Source of the DNA: a virus
Lineage: Duplodnaviria > Caudoviricetes
Length of the DNA: 60,786 nucleotides
Direction: 5' to 3' (one strand)
Virus record (IMG/VR): IMGVR_UViG_3300034062_002901
Coordinates: 1 to 60,786 of that record
The notes under the pieces were generated by a model. It worked only from the letters and a program-made list of their open reading frames with translations. It made no database searches and was not told the origin of the DNA. Positions within the stretch are counted from its first letter, which is position 1; each line of letters opens with the position of its first letter. The position numbers and the translations under genes are program-made. Below are positions 25,749-36,333 of this stretch, piece after piece.

Positions 25749-26410
25749 CCACTTCTGGCACCACCACATTCAACCTGTCGATTGACGACTTGGTTGAGGA
25801 GGCGTTTGAACGCTGCGGCATGCGCCCGACCAGCGGGTACCAACTTGCCTCGGCGCGTCGCTCGCTCAACCTGCTGTTCCTTGATTGGGCCAATCGTGGG
25901 CTGAACCTGTGGACCATTGAAGAGGCCACGTTTGCGCTGACCGCAGGGGTCAACGAGATTTCGCTGCCAACAGATGTGGTGAACGTGCTTGAGGCGGTCA
26001 TTCGTCAAAACAACCAAGGCATCAACACGGACGTCTACATTGAGCGAATCAGTCGAGAGGACTGGCTCAACGTGCCGGACAAGACCACGCAGGCCCGTCC
26101 TGCGCAGTTTTATGTTGAGCGGACCAATGTCCCCAAGGTATATTTCTATCCCGCAGCAGACCAGAACTACACCTTCGTGTATTACCGCATTCGCCGCATC
26201 CAAGACGCTGGGGACTACACCAACACCTCGGACGTGAATTTCCGCTTTCTACCGTGCTTGGCCTCGGGCTTGGCATATCACTTGTCGTTAAAGTTTGCCG
26301 CTGACCGTGCAAGCGCGTTGAAAGCGCTTTACGAAGAGGATTTCCAGCGCGCGGCGCTTGAAGACCGCGACACGGCTAGCGTGCAATTCGTACCGGACTT
26401 GGGGGTATGA
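25745..26410 (+). CDS. Head-tail adaptor / tail tubular-type protein
   Basis: EEAFERCG...ARRSLNL.F.DWANRGLNLWT pattern; position. Confidence 0.65.
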   Translation: MTTSGTTTFNLSIDDLVEEAFERCGMRPTSGYQLASARRSLNLLFLDWANRGLNLWTIEEATFALTAGVNEISLPTDVVNVLEAVIRQNNQGINTDVYIERISREDWLNVPDKTTQARPAQFYVERTNVPKVYFYPAADQNYTFVYYRIRRIQDAGDYTNTSDVNFRFLPCLASGLAYHLSLKFAADRASALKALYEEDFQRAALEDRDTASVQFVPDLGV

Positions 26411-26411
26411 C

Positions 26412-26762
26412 ATGGCCTTCGCATCCGGCAAGTTCTCCAACGCGTTGTGCGACTACTGTGGCCAGCGGTACAAGTACAACACCCTGCGCAAAAACTGGCG
26501 GGGGTTTATGGTGTGCCCGGATGACTACGAGCCTAAAGAGCCTCAGCTTGAGCCGCTTCGCTACCGGGGTGATGCGATCGCGCTGCGCGATCCGCGTCCC
26601 GACCGAATTGAGCCGGTGTCGGTCTTCGTGGGCGCCCCAGGCTTCACGGCGTTTCAAAGCTACGGCAGCGTCCAAGGCGGCACTAACATGCAGCCATATC
26701 TGCAGGGCCAAGCGCTCATCGCGCAGGGCGCTATCGGAACAGTGACAGTGAGCACCTCATGA
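26412..26762 (+). CDS. Hypothetical protein with CxxC motif
   Basis: CDYCG...VCPDDYEPKEPQL. Confidence 0.65.
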   Translation: MAFASGKFSNALCDYCGQRYKYNTLRKNWRGFMVCPDDYEPKEPQLEPLRYRGDAIALRDPRPDRIEPVSVFVGAPGFTAFQSYGSVQGGTNMQPYLQGQALIAQGAIGTVTVSTS

Positions 26763-27418
26763 CCTACGACGAACTTGTCACCAACATCCGCAACTACACC
26801 GAGGTGGGCAACAACGTCTTCACCGAGCCGGTGATCAACACCTTCATTACGTTGGCAGAGAACCAGATTCTTCGCGAGATTGACTTGGACGTGTTCAAGC
26901 TTGAGGCCACGGGCACGATGACTCAAGGCAACAAGTTTTTGGCCGCACCGACCGATCTGCTCACGCACCGTTACATGATCCTAACCCCGGTCAGTGGTGA
27001 CCAGTTGTTCTTGGACTTCCGGGACACCTCCTTCATGAAGGAGTATTGGGACAACGGGTCGGTGCAGGGCACCCCAAAATACTATTCGGTATGGAACCAG
27101 AACACGTTCTACATTGCGCCCACACCAAACCAAAACTACAGCGTAGAGCTGGGCTACATTTACCGCCCAGCGCAGCTGTCTTCGACCAATACGACGACTT
27201 GGATTAGCAACAATGCACCTGAGGCGCTGTTGTATGCATGCCTGATCCAAGCTTACAGCTACACCAAGGGACCTACTGAGATGATGCAGTATTTCCGTTC
27301 AGCATACAAAGAAGCTATTCAAGGCTTGGGTACTGAGCAGCAGGGCCGCCGTCGCCGTGACGAGTACCGTGACGGTATGCTTCGTATTCCCCTTAAATCG
27401 GATTCACCAGGCCCATGA
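26759..27418 (+). CDS. Head-tail adaptor / tail tubular protein A-like
   Basis: MTY.EL...I..Y.E, GTPKYY, APTP, LLYA.L motifs. Confidence 0.65.
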   Translation: MTYDELVTNIRNYTEVGNNVFTEPVINTFITLAENQILREIDLDVFKLEATGTMTQGNKFLAAPTDLLTHRYMILTPVSGDQLFLDFRDTSFMKEYWDNGSVQGTPKYYSVWNQNTFYIAPTPNQNYSVELGYIYRPAQLSSTNTTTWISNNAPEALLYACLIQAYSYTKGPTEMMQYFRSAYKEAIQGLGTEQQGRRRRDEYRDGMLRIPLKSDSPGP

Positions 27419-27702
27419 TTACCGTATCCGCCCCTGTTTTGGTTGGCAGCGTCTTTGTCGAGACCACGCATGCGCGTGGTTGGAACGTCGAAGAGCTGGC
27501 CGCACGCGCCGCTGACAAGATTATTTTTGTCGGCGACCAGTCCCATCCCGCTGTGCAGGCGCAAGCCCGTGCATTTAAGGAAAGCGTCAAGCATGTGGTG
27601 GCGTTTTATTTGAAGGAGGCGGTCGAACAGGACCGTTCCACGATCGCCATGCGCTTGCGCGAGGCGGGACACCCTGATTTGGTTTATTTGTTAGGAGATT
27701 AA
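27415..27702 (+). CDS. Hypothetical protein
   Basis: Coupled ORF. Confidence 0.7.
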   Translation: MITVSAPVLVGSVFVETTHARGWNVEELAARAADKIIFVGDQSHPAVQAQARAFKESVKHVVAFYLKEAVEQDRSTIAMRLREAGHPDLVYLLGD

Positions 27703-27704
27703 AA

Positions 27705-28142
27705 ATGGCGTTTACAGGAAACTTCATGAGCACCAGCTTTAAGGTTGAGCTGATGCAAGCCGTGCACAACTTTACCACTGGCACGGGTAATACCTTTAAG
27801 CTGGCCTTGTACGACAACAGCGCGTCCTTTACCGCCGCGACCACGGCGTACACGGTCACCAACGAGGTAGCGAACTCCGGTTCGTACGCGGCTGGCGGCG
27901 GCACGTTAACCAACGTCACACCCACGTCTACGGGCACGACCGCGTTCACAGACTTTGCGGACTTGTCGTTTACCAGTGCGACCATCACCGCCTTTGGCGC
28001 CTTGATTTACAACGACACGGCGGCCGGTAATCCAGCGGTTTGCGTTTTGGACTTTGGCGGTGCAAAGACCTCGACCAGCGGTACTTTTACCATCATCTTT
28101 CCAACTGCCGACGCAAGCAATGCCATCATTCGCATTGCTTGA
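27705..28142 (+). CDS. Tail/fibre-associated structural protein
   Basis: FKLALY...Y.AGG..L...DFAD..F...GALIYN...VLDFG pattern. Confidence 0.7.
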   Translation: MAFTGNFMSTSFKVELMQAVHNFTTGTGNTFKLALYDNSASFTAATTAYTVTNEVANSGSYAAGGGTLTNVTPTSTGTTAFTDFADLSFTSATITAFGALIYNDTAAGNPAVCVLDFGGAKTSTSGTFTIIFPTADASNAIIRIA

Positions 28143-28154
28143 TAAGGGGCGCGC

Positions 28155-28925
28155 GTGGCTGATGTCGTTGTTGCCTTTGAAGGCTGGAATGCCTCTGGCG
28201 TAGGCTGGGGCGAACAGCCTTGGGGAGAGGGCGTTCTCGACATCAAAGCCACGGGAAATGTAGGCTCTGTGCAGGTGACCGCTGATGCGGTCGTTTTACT
28301 TTCCGGGGTAGGCGCAACGGCCTTTTTGGGTGCGGTTACCGTCACGGCCAATGCTAATGCCAGCGTTACGGGAGTAAGCGCCACGGGCCAAGTTGGCCAA
28401 ATCACCATGACAGGTGATGCCAGTGTCACGCTTACGGGCGTAGAGGGCACGATGGCCGTGGGCCTTGTGACGGTAGCCGCCAACGCGGATGTGTTTGTTA
28501 CGGGCGTGCAGGCGACGGGCCAAGTAGGTCAGGTAACGCATACCGGCGACGCCAATGTAACGCCGATTGGGGTCCAAGGCACGATGGCCTTAGGCACGGT
28601 TACAGTCAGCGGCACTAGCACGGTAGTCGTTTCGGGCCTACAGGCCACGTCCAGCGTGGGTAGTGTAATTGCGGCGGCGAATGCTGACGTGTTTGTTACG
28701 GGCGTGCAGGCAGTGGGCCAGGTTGGAAACACACTGGTCTGGAGTGTAATAGATGACAACCAGACCCCTAACTGGCAGAATGTGGATGATTCACAGTCAG
28801 GTAATTGGGTCGTTGTCAATGACAACCAGACGCCGAACTGGCAAAATGTGGATGATTTACAGTCAGGTAGTTGGGTCGTTGTCAATGACGGAAATACAGT
28901 GACTTGGACTCAAGTCCTAACGTAA
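28155..28925 (+). CDS. Repetitive beta-strand fibre-like protein
   Basis: Repeated V.VTGV.ATG.VG units. Confidence 0.7.
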   Translation: MADVVVAFEGWNASGVGWGEQPWGEGVLDIKATGNVGSVQVTADAVVLLSGVGATAFLGAVTVTANANASVTGVSATGQVGQITMTGDASVTLTGVEGTMAVGLVTVAANADVFVTGVQATGQVGQVTHTGDANVTPIGVQGTMALGTVTVSGTSTVVVSGLQATSSVGSVIAAANADVFVTGVQAVGQVGNTLVWSVIDDNQTPNWQNVDDSQSGNWVVVNDNQTPNWQNVDDLQSGSWVVVNDGNTVTWTQVLT

Positions 28926-28935
28926 AGGAAATAAC

Positions 28936-30723
28936 ATGGCAAGCACCTATTCAAGTAACCTCAAGATTGAGTTGATGGGCACGGGGGAGAACTCGGGAAC
29001 TTGGGGCACCATCACAAATACCAACTTAGGTACAGCCTTTGAGCAGGCCGTCATTGGTCTGGGCAATCCCGATTACCCGTCTGATGCCAACCTGACCATT
29101 ACCCTCACCAACAGCAACGGGGCCCAAGCTGCTCGTGCTTTGGTTCTAAATGTAACTTCCGCGTTTGGTAGCTTAACGGTCACTCGCGAGCTGATAGTTC
29201 CTACCATCCAGAAGCAGTACATCGTACAGAACAACACGACGGGGGGTCAGAGCATTACGGTGAAGACCTCGGGCGGCACGGGCATCACGGTGCCTAACGG
29301 CCGCAAAGCGCACTTGTACGCCGACGGCACGAATGTCATTCAAATGTTCGACTTCGTGGACATCAACGGTGGCGCGATTGATGGCACTATTATTGGCGGA
29401 AGTACTGCGGCAGCAGGAACATTTACGACTGCAACGGCTACGACGGGCAACATCACAACCGTAAACGCAACAACGGTTGACGCCACAAACGTGGAAGTCA
29501 CTAACATCAAAGCCAAGGACGGCACAGCGTCTATTGCTCTTGCCGATAGCACGGGCGTAGCAACTATTGCTGCTGCACCAATTCTGACTGCATTGACTGC
29601 CAGCCAAGCAGTTTTTACCAATGGCTCTAAAGCGCTGGTCAGCAACGCCATCACGGGTACGGGTAGCGTGGTGATGTCCGCAAGTGCAACACTGACCACC
29701 CCCATACTTGGTACGCCACAATCAGGTACTTTGACCAACGCTACGGGGCTGCCAATTACTACCGGCGTGTCTGGTTTAGGCGCGGGAGTGGCATCCTTTT
29801 TGGCCACACCCACATCTGCTACTTTAAAAACTGCGGTCACGGATGAAACGGGCGCTGGTGCTCTTGTGTTTGCCACAAGCCCTACGCTGGTTACCCCCAT
29901 ACTTGGCACCCCACAATCAGGCACGCTAACCAACGTCTCTGGGCTTCCAATTACTACTGGCGTATCTGGTTTAGGCGCTAATGTTTCCACGTTCCTTGCT
30001 ACACCCACTTCTGCTACTTTGGCTGCTGCGGTAACTGACGAAACAGGTACGGGTGCGCTAGTGTTTGCTGCAAGTCCTACACTGACTACACCCATACTCG
30101 GCACCCCACAATCAGGTACTTTGACCAACGCTACGGGGCTGCCAATATTAAGTGGAACTACCGGAACACTAACGGTAGCCAGAGGCGGCACTGGGGTTAC
30201 AACGTCCACCGGCTCGACTAATGTTGTCTTGTCAAACAGCCCGACTCTGGTAACCCCCGCTTTAGGCACTCCCTCCAGTGGTGTTGTAACCAATTTAACG
30301 GGTACGGCCTCAATTAACATCAATGGCACAGTAGGAGCTACAACAGCTAACACAGGTGCTTTCACCACACTTACAGCCAGTACAAACCTGTCTTCAACGC
30401 GGATCAACCCGCGTGTCTCAAGTGCTGCATCGGCGTCAACACTTACACCAGATATTAGCTCGTTCGATCAGTTTGCTTTTACAGCACTTGCTGCGGGTCT
30501 AACAATCAATGCGCCTACAGGAACGCCGGTTGACGGAAACAAACTGATATTTCGCTTCTTAGACAATGGCACAACACGTACATTGACATGGAATGCTACG
30601 TTCACTGTCATTGGAACAACTCTCCCAACAGCCACCACCGCAAATAAAATGGTTTACGTCGGCTGTATCTACAACGCTGCCAACACCCGCTGGGATGTTG
30701 TGGCTGTCGCAACTCAAGCATAA
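28936..30723 (+). CDS. Tail fibre protein
   Basis: MASTYS..L..ELMGTGENSGTWG.ITN.N attachment domain; repeated TPILGTPQSGTLTN units. Confidence 0.75.
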   Translation: MASTYSSNLKIELMGTGENSGTWGTITNTNLGTAFEQAVIGLGNPDYPSDANLTITLTNSNGAQAARALVLNVTSAFGSLTVTRELIVPTIQKQYIVQNNTTGGQSITVKTSGGTGITVPNGRKAHLYADGTNVIQMFDFVDINGGAIDGTIIGGSTAAAGTFTTATATTGNITTVNATTVDATNVEVTNIKAKDGTASIALADSTGVATIAAAPILTALTASQAVFTNGSKALVSNAITGTGSVVMSASATLTTPILGTPQSGTLTNATGLPITTGVSGLGAGVASFLATPTSATLKTAVTDETGAGALVFATSPTLVTPILGTPQSGTLTNVSGLPITTGVSGLGANVSTFLATPTSATLAAAVTDETGTGALVFAASPTLTTPILGTPQSGTLTNATGLPILSGTTGTLTVARGGTGVTTSTGSTNVVLSNSPTLVTPALGTPSSGVVTNLTGTASININGTVGATTANTGAFTTLTASTNLSSTRINPRVSSAASASTLTPDISSFDQFAFTALAAGLTINAPTGTPVDGNKLIFRFLDNGTTRTLTWNATFTVIGTTLPTATTANKMVYVGCIYNAANTRWDVVAVATQA

Positions 30724-30732
30724 GGAACCACC

Positions 30733-30972
30733 ATGAAAATAGATTTTGACTTCACCACCGCCCACGGTATTTTCCGCGATGCTTTGCATCTACCTGATGA
30801 CCACACACTAACTGATGACGAAATCCAAGCCATGAAGCAACAGCGTGTGGACAACTGGATTGCTGTAGTAACTGCACCTCCTGTAGAGCCTGATACGGTA
30901 GTTATTGATGGCGTAACGTATGAAAAAATTCAGATTGATGGACAGACAGTTCTAAAGCCTGTGGAGGCGTAA
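30733..30972 (+). CDS. Small acidic protein (possible fibre chaperone)
   Basis: AAGGA RBS; lies between fibre genes. Confidence 0.7.
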   Translation: MKIDFDFTTAHGIFRDALHLPDDHTLTDDEIQAMKQQRVDNWIAVVTAPPVEPDTVVIDGVTYEKIQIDGQTVLKPVEA

Positions 30973-30973
30973 T

Positions 30974-33900
30974 ATGGCTGATCGCTATTGGGTAGGCGGG
31001 GCCGGGAACTGGAGTTCTACAACGAAATGGAGTACCTCGTCAGGCGGTGCGTCTGGTGCTTCTGTTCCCACGGCGGCTGACAACGCAATCTTCGACGCTA
31101 GTTCAAACACCACGGCTACGCACTACACGGTCACTGTCACTGCTGACTCGACCTGCGCTAACTTGACGTTTACACCAGTTGCTGCTAATGGGGTTACTGA
31201 GTTTGCTTTTGCCACAGGCTTTGTTATTGCTGGAACATTCTCGACTAGCGGTACTGCTGGCAACCGCCGTGCATGGTTTCGTTCTATTACCTACGGCATA
31301 CTGCGTGATATGCAGATTGCCACTATTGGCACTGTAACTGACGTAGATTTTCGCGATGTTCGGGTTACTGGCGCTGGCGGAACTTTGACTGGCACACGCA
31401 TCGGCGACTTGCGGGGCATCAGCGGGATAACTGCGTCTACACCTAAGACGGTGTTTTGGAACCTTGCAGGAGCGCAGAACTGGTCAGCAGATGCTTGGGC
31501 GACCACATCCACAGGATCGCCATCAACAGACAACTTCCCGTTAGCGCAAGACACAGCAACATTTACCAATGCGGGTAGTGTTACTGGAAATATTACCTTT
31601 GATGCGGCTATTCCCTACACGGGAACGGTAGATATGTCTGCTCGAACGACTGCGGCTCAGTTACTTACAAATACAACACAAATTATTTACGGAAACTGGT
31701 CTAATGGTTCGGGTACTACCTTTGCTGCGGGAAGTGGCACTTTCACCTTTTCAGGGCGTAACACGCAAACAATTACTAGTGCGGGTAAAACTTTTCCCAG
31801 TGCAATTGCTTTTGACTCCTACGGTGGCTCAGTTGAACTTGCTGACGCGTTTAATATTAGTTCAAGTGACATAACGATTACCAACGGCACATTTGACACC
31901 AAGAATTACAACATCACTGCTTCGCAGTTTTCATCTAGCAACTCAAACGTGCGGGTGATTAAGTTGGGTTCTAGCACAGTAACACTATCTAATACCGTTA
32001 CTTTTACCACATCCACAAACTTGACGTTCAATGCGGGAACTTCGTCTATTGTTCTCACTGCAACTTCACCGACATTTAATGGTGGTAGCCAAACTTTCTA
32101 CAATTTTTCATTTACGTCAACCTCCGCTTCCGCAGGTTCAGATATAAACGGAACAAATACGTTTCAAAATTTGTCGTTTCTTTCACCAAGCACAGGTAGG
32201 TCAAGATACACTTTTTCGGATAACCAAACAGTTACGGGGACGTTAACCTGTGCAGGCTCCTCAGTTATTGGCCGCATCATGTTAAGGAGCGACACGGTCG
32301 GCACTACCCGTACCCTGACTGTCGGAACCCTATCCGCTGACGACTGCGATTTCCGTGACATCACCATTGCGGGTACAGCCGCTGGTGGCTCTCCAACCCG
32401 TGCCGGTGATTGTGGTGGCAACACGGGCATCACTTTCCCTGTTGCTAAAACTGTTTACTGGAACTTGGCTGGGGCGCAAAACTGGTCTGCTACGGCTTGG
32501 GCTCCGGGCTCCGGCGGCGTTCCAGCGGTCAACAACTTCCCGTTAGCTCAGGACACTGCGGTGTTTGATGAAGCAGCAAGCAGCGTGACAGGAACGATTA
32601 CTATCAACGCCGGCTGGAATATCGGTACGTTTGATGCGTCACTACGAACCAGCGCAATGACGCTGACAACCAGTGTTAACACTACTATAGCAAGTTATGG
32701 TAATTGGACGTTTGGTACGGGCATTACGCAAACAAGCTCTACAGGCACAATTACTTTTGCTGGTCAAGTAACTCAAACTATTACCAGCAACGGCGTGACG
32801 TTTGGTTGCCCTGTAACTATTGATTGCGGCGCGGGAACTGTTCAACTTGCTGATGCTTTAGCGCTTAACTCTGCTCGGCAATTGAACCTTGCAAGCGGCA
32901 CGTTTGATGCTGTGACGTACAACGTGACGGCTGGAACATTTCAAAGTACCGCTTCATCAGCTACTCTAAAAATGGGTTCTGGTACATGGACGTTATCGGG
33001 AACTGGAGCGGTTTGGTCAATAGCAACAACATTATTGACTTTGTACAAAGGCACAGCCGACATTGTTTTATCTGACACTAGCACAACAGCAAGAACATTT
33101 TCTGGTAATACTTATTCTTACAATAAACTTACCATTGGGGGTGCAACGGGAACGTCTACGCTCACAATCACAGGTAATAGTCAGTTTACCGAATTTGCCA
33201 GTACAAAAACCGTAGCGCATACCATTGCCCTCGCAACAAGTACACAGACGTTTGGCGCGTGGACAGTGACTGGTACTGTCGGCAACGTGGTCACGGTTAC
33301 AGGCACAGGGGTAAGCCATGTCATCGCTGGTGCTCGTGTATCAAGTGTTGACTACCTTGCAATGGGAACGATTGGTTTTATAGCCACAAGCCCCGGCGAG
33401 TTCTACGCTGGAGCTAACAGTACCGGAACCGGAACAGGCGTTATCCTGACCGCTGCTCCTGCTGCTACAACCCGTTACTGGGTTGGCGGTACAGGCACAT
33501 GGGATGCAGCAACCACAACCAACTGGTCTACGTCTTCTGGCGGTGGTGGGGGTGCTTCTGTACCCACTTCTGCCGACGCGGTGATATTTGACACGCTGTC
33601 CAATGCAACAGCCTACACCGTCACCTGCACAGCTACTCAGCTTCGTTGTGCTGCATTGACCTTTGCTGGCCCGTTATCAGGCAATGTGACATGGGCAGGT
33701 ACTGCGCCATTAGCAATCCACGGCAACTTTACCTTGCCTGCTACTGGGTTGACTCGTTCCTATTCGGGCGCAATTGTTTATTCCGGTTCGTCTACAGGAA
33801 GAACCATTACCACAAACGGTATAGCTCTTTCTTCAACCACCACTATCAATGGTGTTGGATGTGGGTGGACTTTAGCAAGCGCTTTGAATACTGGAAGCGG

Positions 33901-35578
33901 CTCACTTACTGTAACAAACGGGTCGTTTGCTACTTCAACTTTTAACTTTACAACCACTTCGGGGATTGGTTCAACTACGTCTAACTCTCGCACAATAGAT
34001 TTTGGGTCTTCAACAATATCGGTTGCTGGAAATTTTGCACTTGGTACAACTGAAAATGCACGCGCAAACTTGACGTTTACTGCGGGAACATCTCAGATTA
34101 ATCTGCCAGTTTCTGGCTCAACGCTTGATGGTAATAATCAAACTTTTTACAACGTCAGTGAAACCCTTGCAGACTTTACTTCCATTACGTTAACTGGCGT
34201 AAACACTTTTAATAACCTGTCTTTTGCAGGCAGGACATCTGCTGGCATTTCTGCTGTAACCATCAGCGGCAACCAAACCATCAGCGGCACTTTGACGCTC
34301 TCGGCAGGCACAGACGCCACCATGCGTAACTTTGTGCGATCCAATACCATTGGCACGACACGGACACTGACCTGTGCTGCGTTTGCTGGAACTGACGCTG
34401 ACTTTCGAGACATCACAATTGCCGGTGCTGCGGCTCCCGTGTCTGGTACTCGGCTTGGTGACGGCAAAGGCAACAGTGGCATCACGTTCGGCGCAGGGGT
34501 TACAAAGTATTGGAACTTAGCGGGTGGCGGAAATTGGGGAGGGGCAATAGGCTGGGCTACGTCAAGCGGCGGATCACCAGCAATCAACAACTTCCCACTG
34601 GCACAAGACACCTGTCTTTTTGAGGCAACGGGATTGACCAGCGGCAGCACGGTCACAGTCAACGCTGCCTACAACATTGGCACGATAGATATGTCTGCCC
34701 GTACCAGCAACACGATGACGCTGGCAACAGGAACAACTACACCAGCTATCTACGGTAACTGGGCCAACGGTACAGGCACTACAATATCTGGCACAGGTGA
34801 TTTGACATTTTCTGGACGGGGAAGTCAGACACTTACCAGTGCTGGCCGTACGTTTACACAGCCGTTTGCAATAAGTACACCGGGCGGGTCTGTAACATTG
34901 CAAGATGCTTTTGAAACAACTACGACTTTAGAAATAGATATTGTAAACGGGACATTTGATGCCAATAACTATAACGTCACGTTATCAAACGGGGGTGGGG
35001 TAGATTCAAACAACTCTAATACACGCACAATCGCTATTGGTTCTGGGACTTGGATAAGTTCAGCACCCGGCACTGGCGCTTGGAATGCTGCCACCGCAAC
35101 TAACCTAACCGTCACAGGTACAGGCACAATTAGCCTAACCTCTGCATCTGCTAAAAGTTTCCGAGGCGGCAGTCTTTCCTACGCAGGCATTACCCTTAAC
35201 CACGGGGGTGTAGGTACGCTAACATTCACAGGTAATCACACCTTTGCCAACATTAGCAGCAGTGTAGGTGTTGCTACGATCATCAACTTTGGCACAAGCA
35301 CCCAAACAGTAGGAGAGTTCACCGCATCTGGTGGGGCAGGGCGGGTTTTAACAATTCAAGGTACAGCAGCAACCAACCCTTGCACGTTGATTTACACAGG
35401 CGTTGGTCTGGCTACACCGGATACAACTGACTACCTAACCCTCACAGGCGTTCGTGCCTACCCTCTGGTAGACACTTGGAATGCTGGGTCAAACACAACC
35501 AATAACGGCTCACTCGGTTGGACATTTAACGAAGCTGTTGTTATTGCTGGCACTAGCACTTTCTTTCTTATGTTTTAA
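30974..35578 (+). CDS. Giant Gly/Thr/Ser-rich beta-solenoid repeat protein (putative adhesin / receptor-binding protein)
   Basis: 1534 aa; recurring RYWVGG.G.W and YWNLAG..NW...NFPLAQDT modules. Confidence 0.7.
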   Translation: MADRYWVGGAGNWSSTTKWSTSSGGASGASVPTAADNAIFDASSNTTATHYTVTVTADSTCANLTFTPVAANGVTEFAFATGFVIAGTFSTSGTAGNRRAWFRSITYGILRDMQIATIGTVTDVDFRDVRVTGAGGTLTGTRIGDLRGISGITASTPKTVFWNLAGAQNWSADAWATTSTGSPSTDNFPLAQDTATFTNAGSVTGNITFDAAIPYTGTVDMSARTTAAQLLTNTTQIIYGNWSNGSGTTFAAGSGTFTFSGRNTQTITSAGKTFPSAIAFDSYGGSVELADAFNISSSDITITNGTFDTKNYNITASQFSSSNSNVRVIKLGSSTVTLSNTVTFTTSTNLTFNAGTSSIVLTATSPTFNGGSQTFYNFSFTSTSASAGSDINGTNTFQNLSFLSPSTGRSRYTFSDNQTVTGTLTCAGSSVIGRIMLRSDTVGTTRTLTVGTLSADDCDFRDITIAGTAAGGSPTRAGDCGGNTGITFPVAKTVYWNLAGAQNWSATAWAPGSGGVPAVNNFPLAQDTAVFDEAASSVTGTITINAGWNIGTFDASLRTSAMTLTTSVNTTIASYGNWTFGTGITQTSSTGTITFAGQVTQTITSNGVTFGCPVTIDCGAGTVQLADALALNSARQLNLASGTFDAVTYNVTAGTFQSTASSATLKMGSGTWTLSGTGAVWSIATTLLTLYKGTADIVLSDTSTTARTFSGNTYSYNKLTIGGATGTSTLTITGNSQFTEFASTKTVAHTIALATSTQTFGAWTVTGTVGNVVTVTGTGVSHVIAGARVSSVDYLAMGTIGFIATSPGEFYAGANSTGTGTGVILTAAPAATTRYWVGGTGTWDAATTTNWSTSSGGGGGASVPTSADAVIFDTLSNATAYTVTCTATQLRCAALTFAGPLSGNVTWAGTAPLAIHGNFTLPATGLTRSYSGAIVYSGSSTGRTITTNGIALSSTTTINGVGCGWTLASALNTGSGSLTVTNGSFATSTFNFTTTSGIGSTTSNSRTIDFGSSTISVAGNFALGTTENARANLTFTAGTSQINLPVSGSTLDGNNQTFYNVSETLADFTSITLTGVNTFNNLSFAGRTSAGISAVTISGNQTISGTLTLSAGTDATMRNFVRSNTIGTTRTLTCAAFAGTDADFRDITIAGAAAPVSGTRLGDGKGNSGITFGAGVTKYWNLAGGGNWGGAIGWATSSGGSPAINNFPLAQDTCLFEATGLTSGSTVTVNAAYNIGTIDMSARTSNTMTLATGTTTPAIYGNWANGTGTTISGTGDLTFSGRGSQTLTSAGRTFTQPFAISTPGGSVTLQDAFETTTTLEIDIVNGTFDANNYNVTLSNGGGVDSNNSNTRTIAIGSGTWISSAPGTGAWNAATATNLTVTGTGTISLTSASAKSFRGGSLSYAGITLNHGGVGTLTFTGNHTFANISSSVGVATIINFGTSTQTVGEFTASGGAGRVLTIQGTAATNPCTLIYTGVGLATPDTTDYLTLTGVRAYPLVDTWNAGSNTTNNGSLGWTFNEAVVIAGTSTFFLMF

Positions 35579-35596
35579 GATGTAGACGGACAAAAA

Positions 35597-35809
35597 ATGA
35601 AAAATCAAGTACCCTCAAGAACATTGCCAGATGGCACTGTAGAAGCTGCCCATAACACGGAAACTGTGTGTCTCCACTGCGGGTACGACTTAGATGAGGC
35701 GGAGCTTGTTGCCGACGCATGCGCGGATTGTGGTAAACCGTTAAACCTCAAACGGTCAGTTGCCATCCAAGTAACAACCTTACCTTCTATTTTTGGTGGT
35801 GTAATGTGA
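35597..35809 (+). CDS. Zinc-ribbon small protein
   Basis: CLHCG...CADCG. Confidence 0.65.
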   Translation: MKNQVPSRTLPDGTVEAAHNTETVCLHCGYDLDEAELVADACADCGKPLNLKRSVAIQVTTLPSIFGGVM

Positions 35810-35833
35810 TTCTTTACAGCAAGCGCGTTAACC

Positions 35834-36325
35834 ATGATAGACCCATTCACCGCCCTAGCTGCTGTAAACACAGCAATCAAGCTCGTCAAGGCTACGGTTA
35901 AGACCGTCCAGAACCTTGAGAGTCTAGGGCCGTGTCTGGGTCAGTTCTTTGGCGCTAAAGCTGAAGCAATTAAGGTAGTCAAGGCCGGTGGATTCAAAGG
36001 CTCTGCAATGGGTCAGGCGCTTGAGTTAGAAATGGCGATTGAGTCTGCCAGAGCGTTTGAAGAAGAAGTGAAGATGCTGTTCTTTCAGTCCAACAAAATG
36101 GACGTATGGCAAAAGATCGTTGCCCGTGCTTCTACCATTACAAGCGCCCAGATTCAAGCGGAGCGCCGTGAACGAGAAGCCAAGAAACGCCGTGCTGCTG
36201 AGATTGATGAGTTGCTAACTATTATCTTGATACTGTTTGTCACTGCTGTAGTAATAGGAATTGTTGGTTGGTTTATATGGGAAGCTGTTCGGCAATGCGC
36301 TCCTAATTGTGGTTATAACCGTTGA
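35834..36325 (+). CDS. Membrane protein upstream of the lysis genes
   Basis: C-terminal TM helix. Confidence 0.7.
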   Translation: MIDPFTALAAVNTAIKLVKATVKTVQNLESLGPCLGQFFGAKAEAIKVVKAGGFKGSAMGQALELEMAIESARAFEEEVKMLFFQSNKMDVWQKIVARASTITSAQIQAERREREAKKRRAAEIDELLTIILILFVTAVVIGIVGWFIWEAVRQCAPNCGYNR

Positions 36326-36333
36326 GGACTGAC

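Noticed and set aside
29340-30407. 355-aa antisense ORF
   Set aside because: Mirror of the Thr/Gly repeat fibre gene
28155-35578. Diversity-generating retroelement acting on fibre genes
   Set aside because: No reverse transcriptase ORF, and the repeats do not differ specifically at adenines
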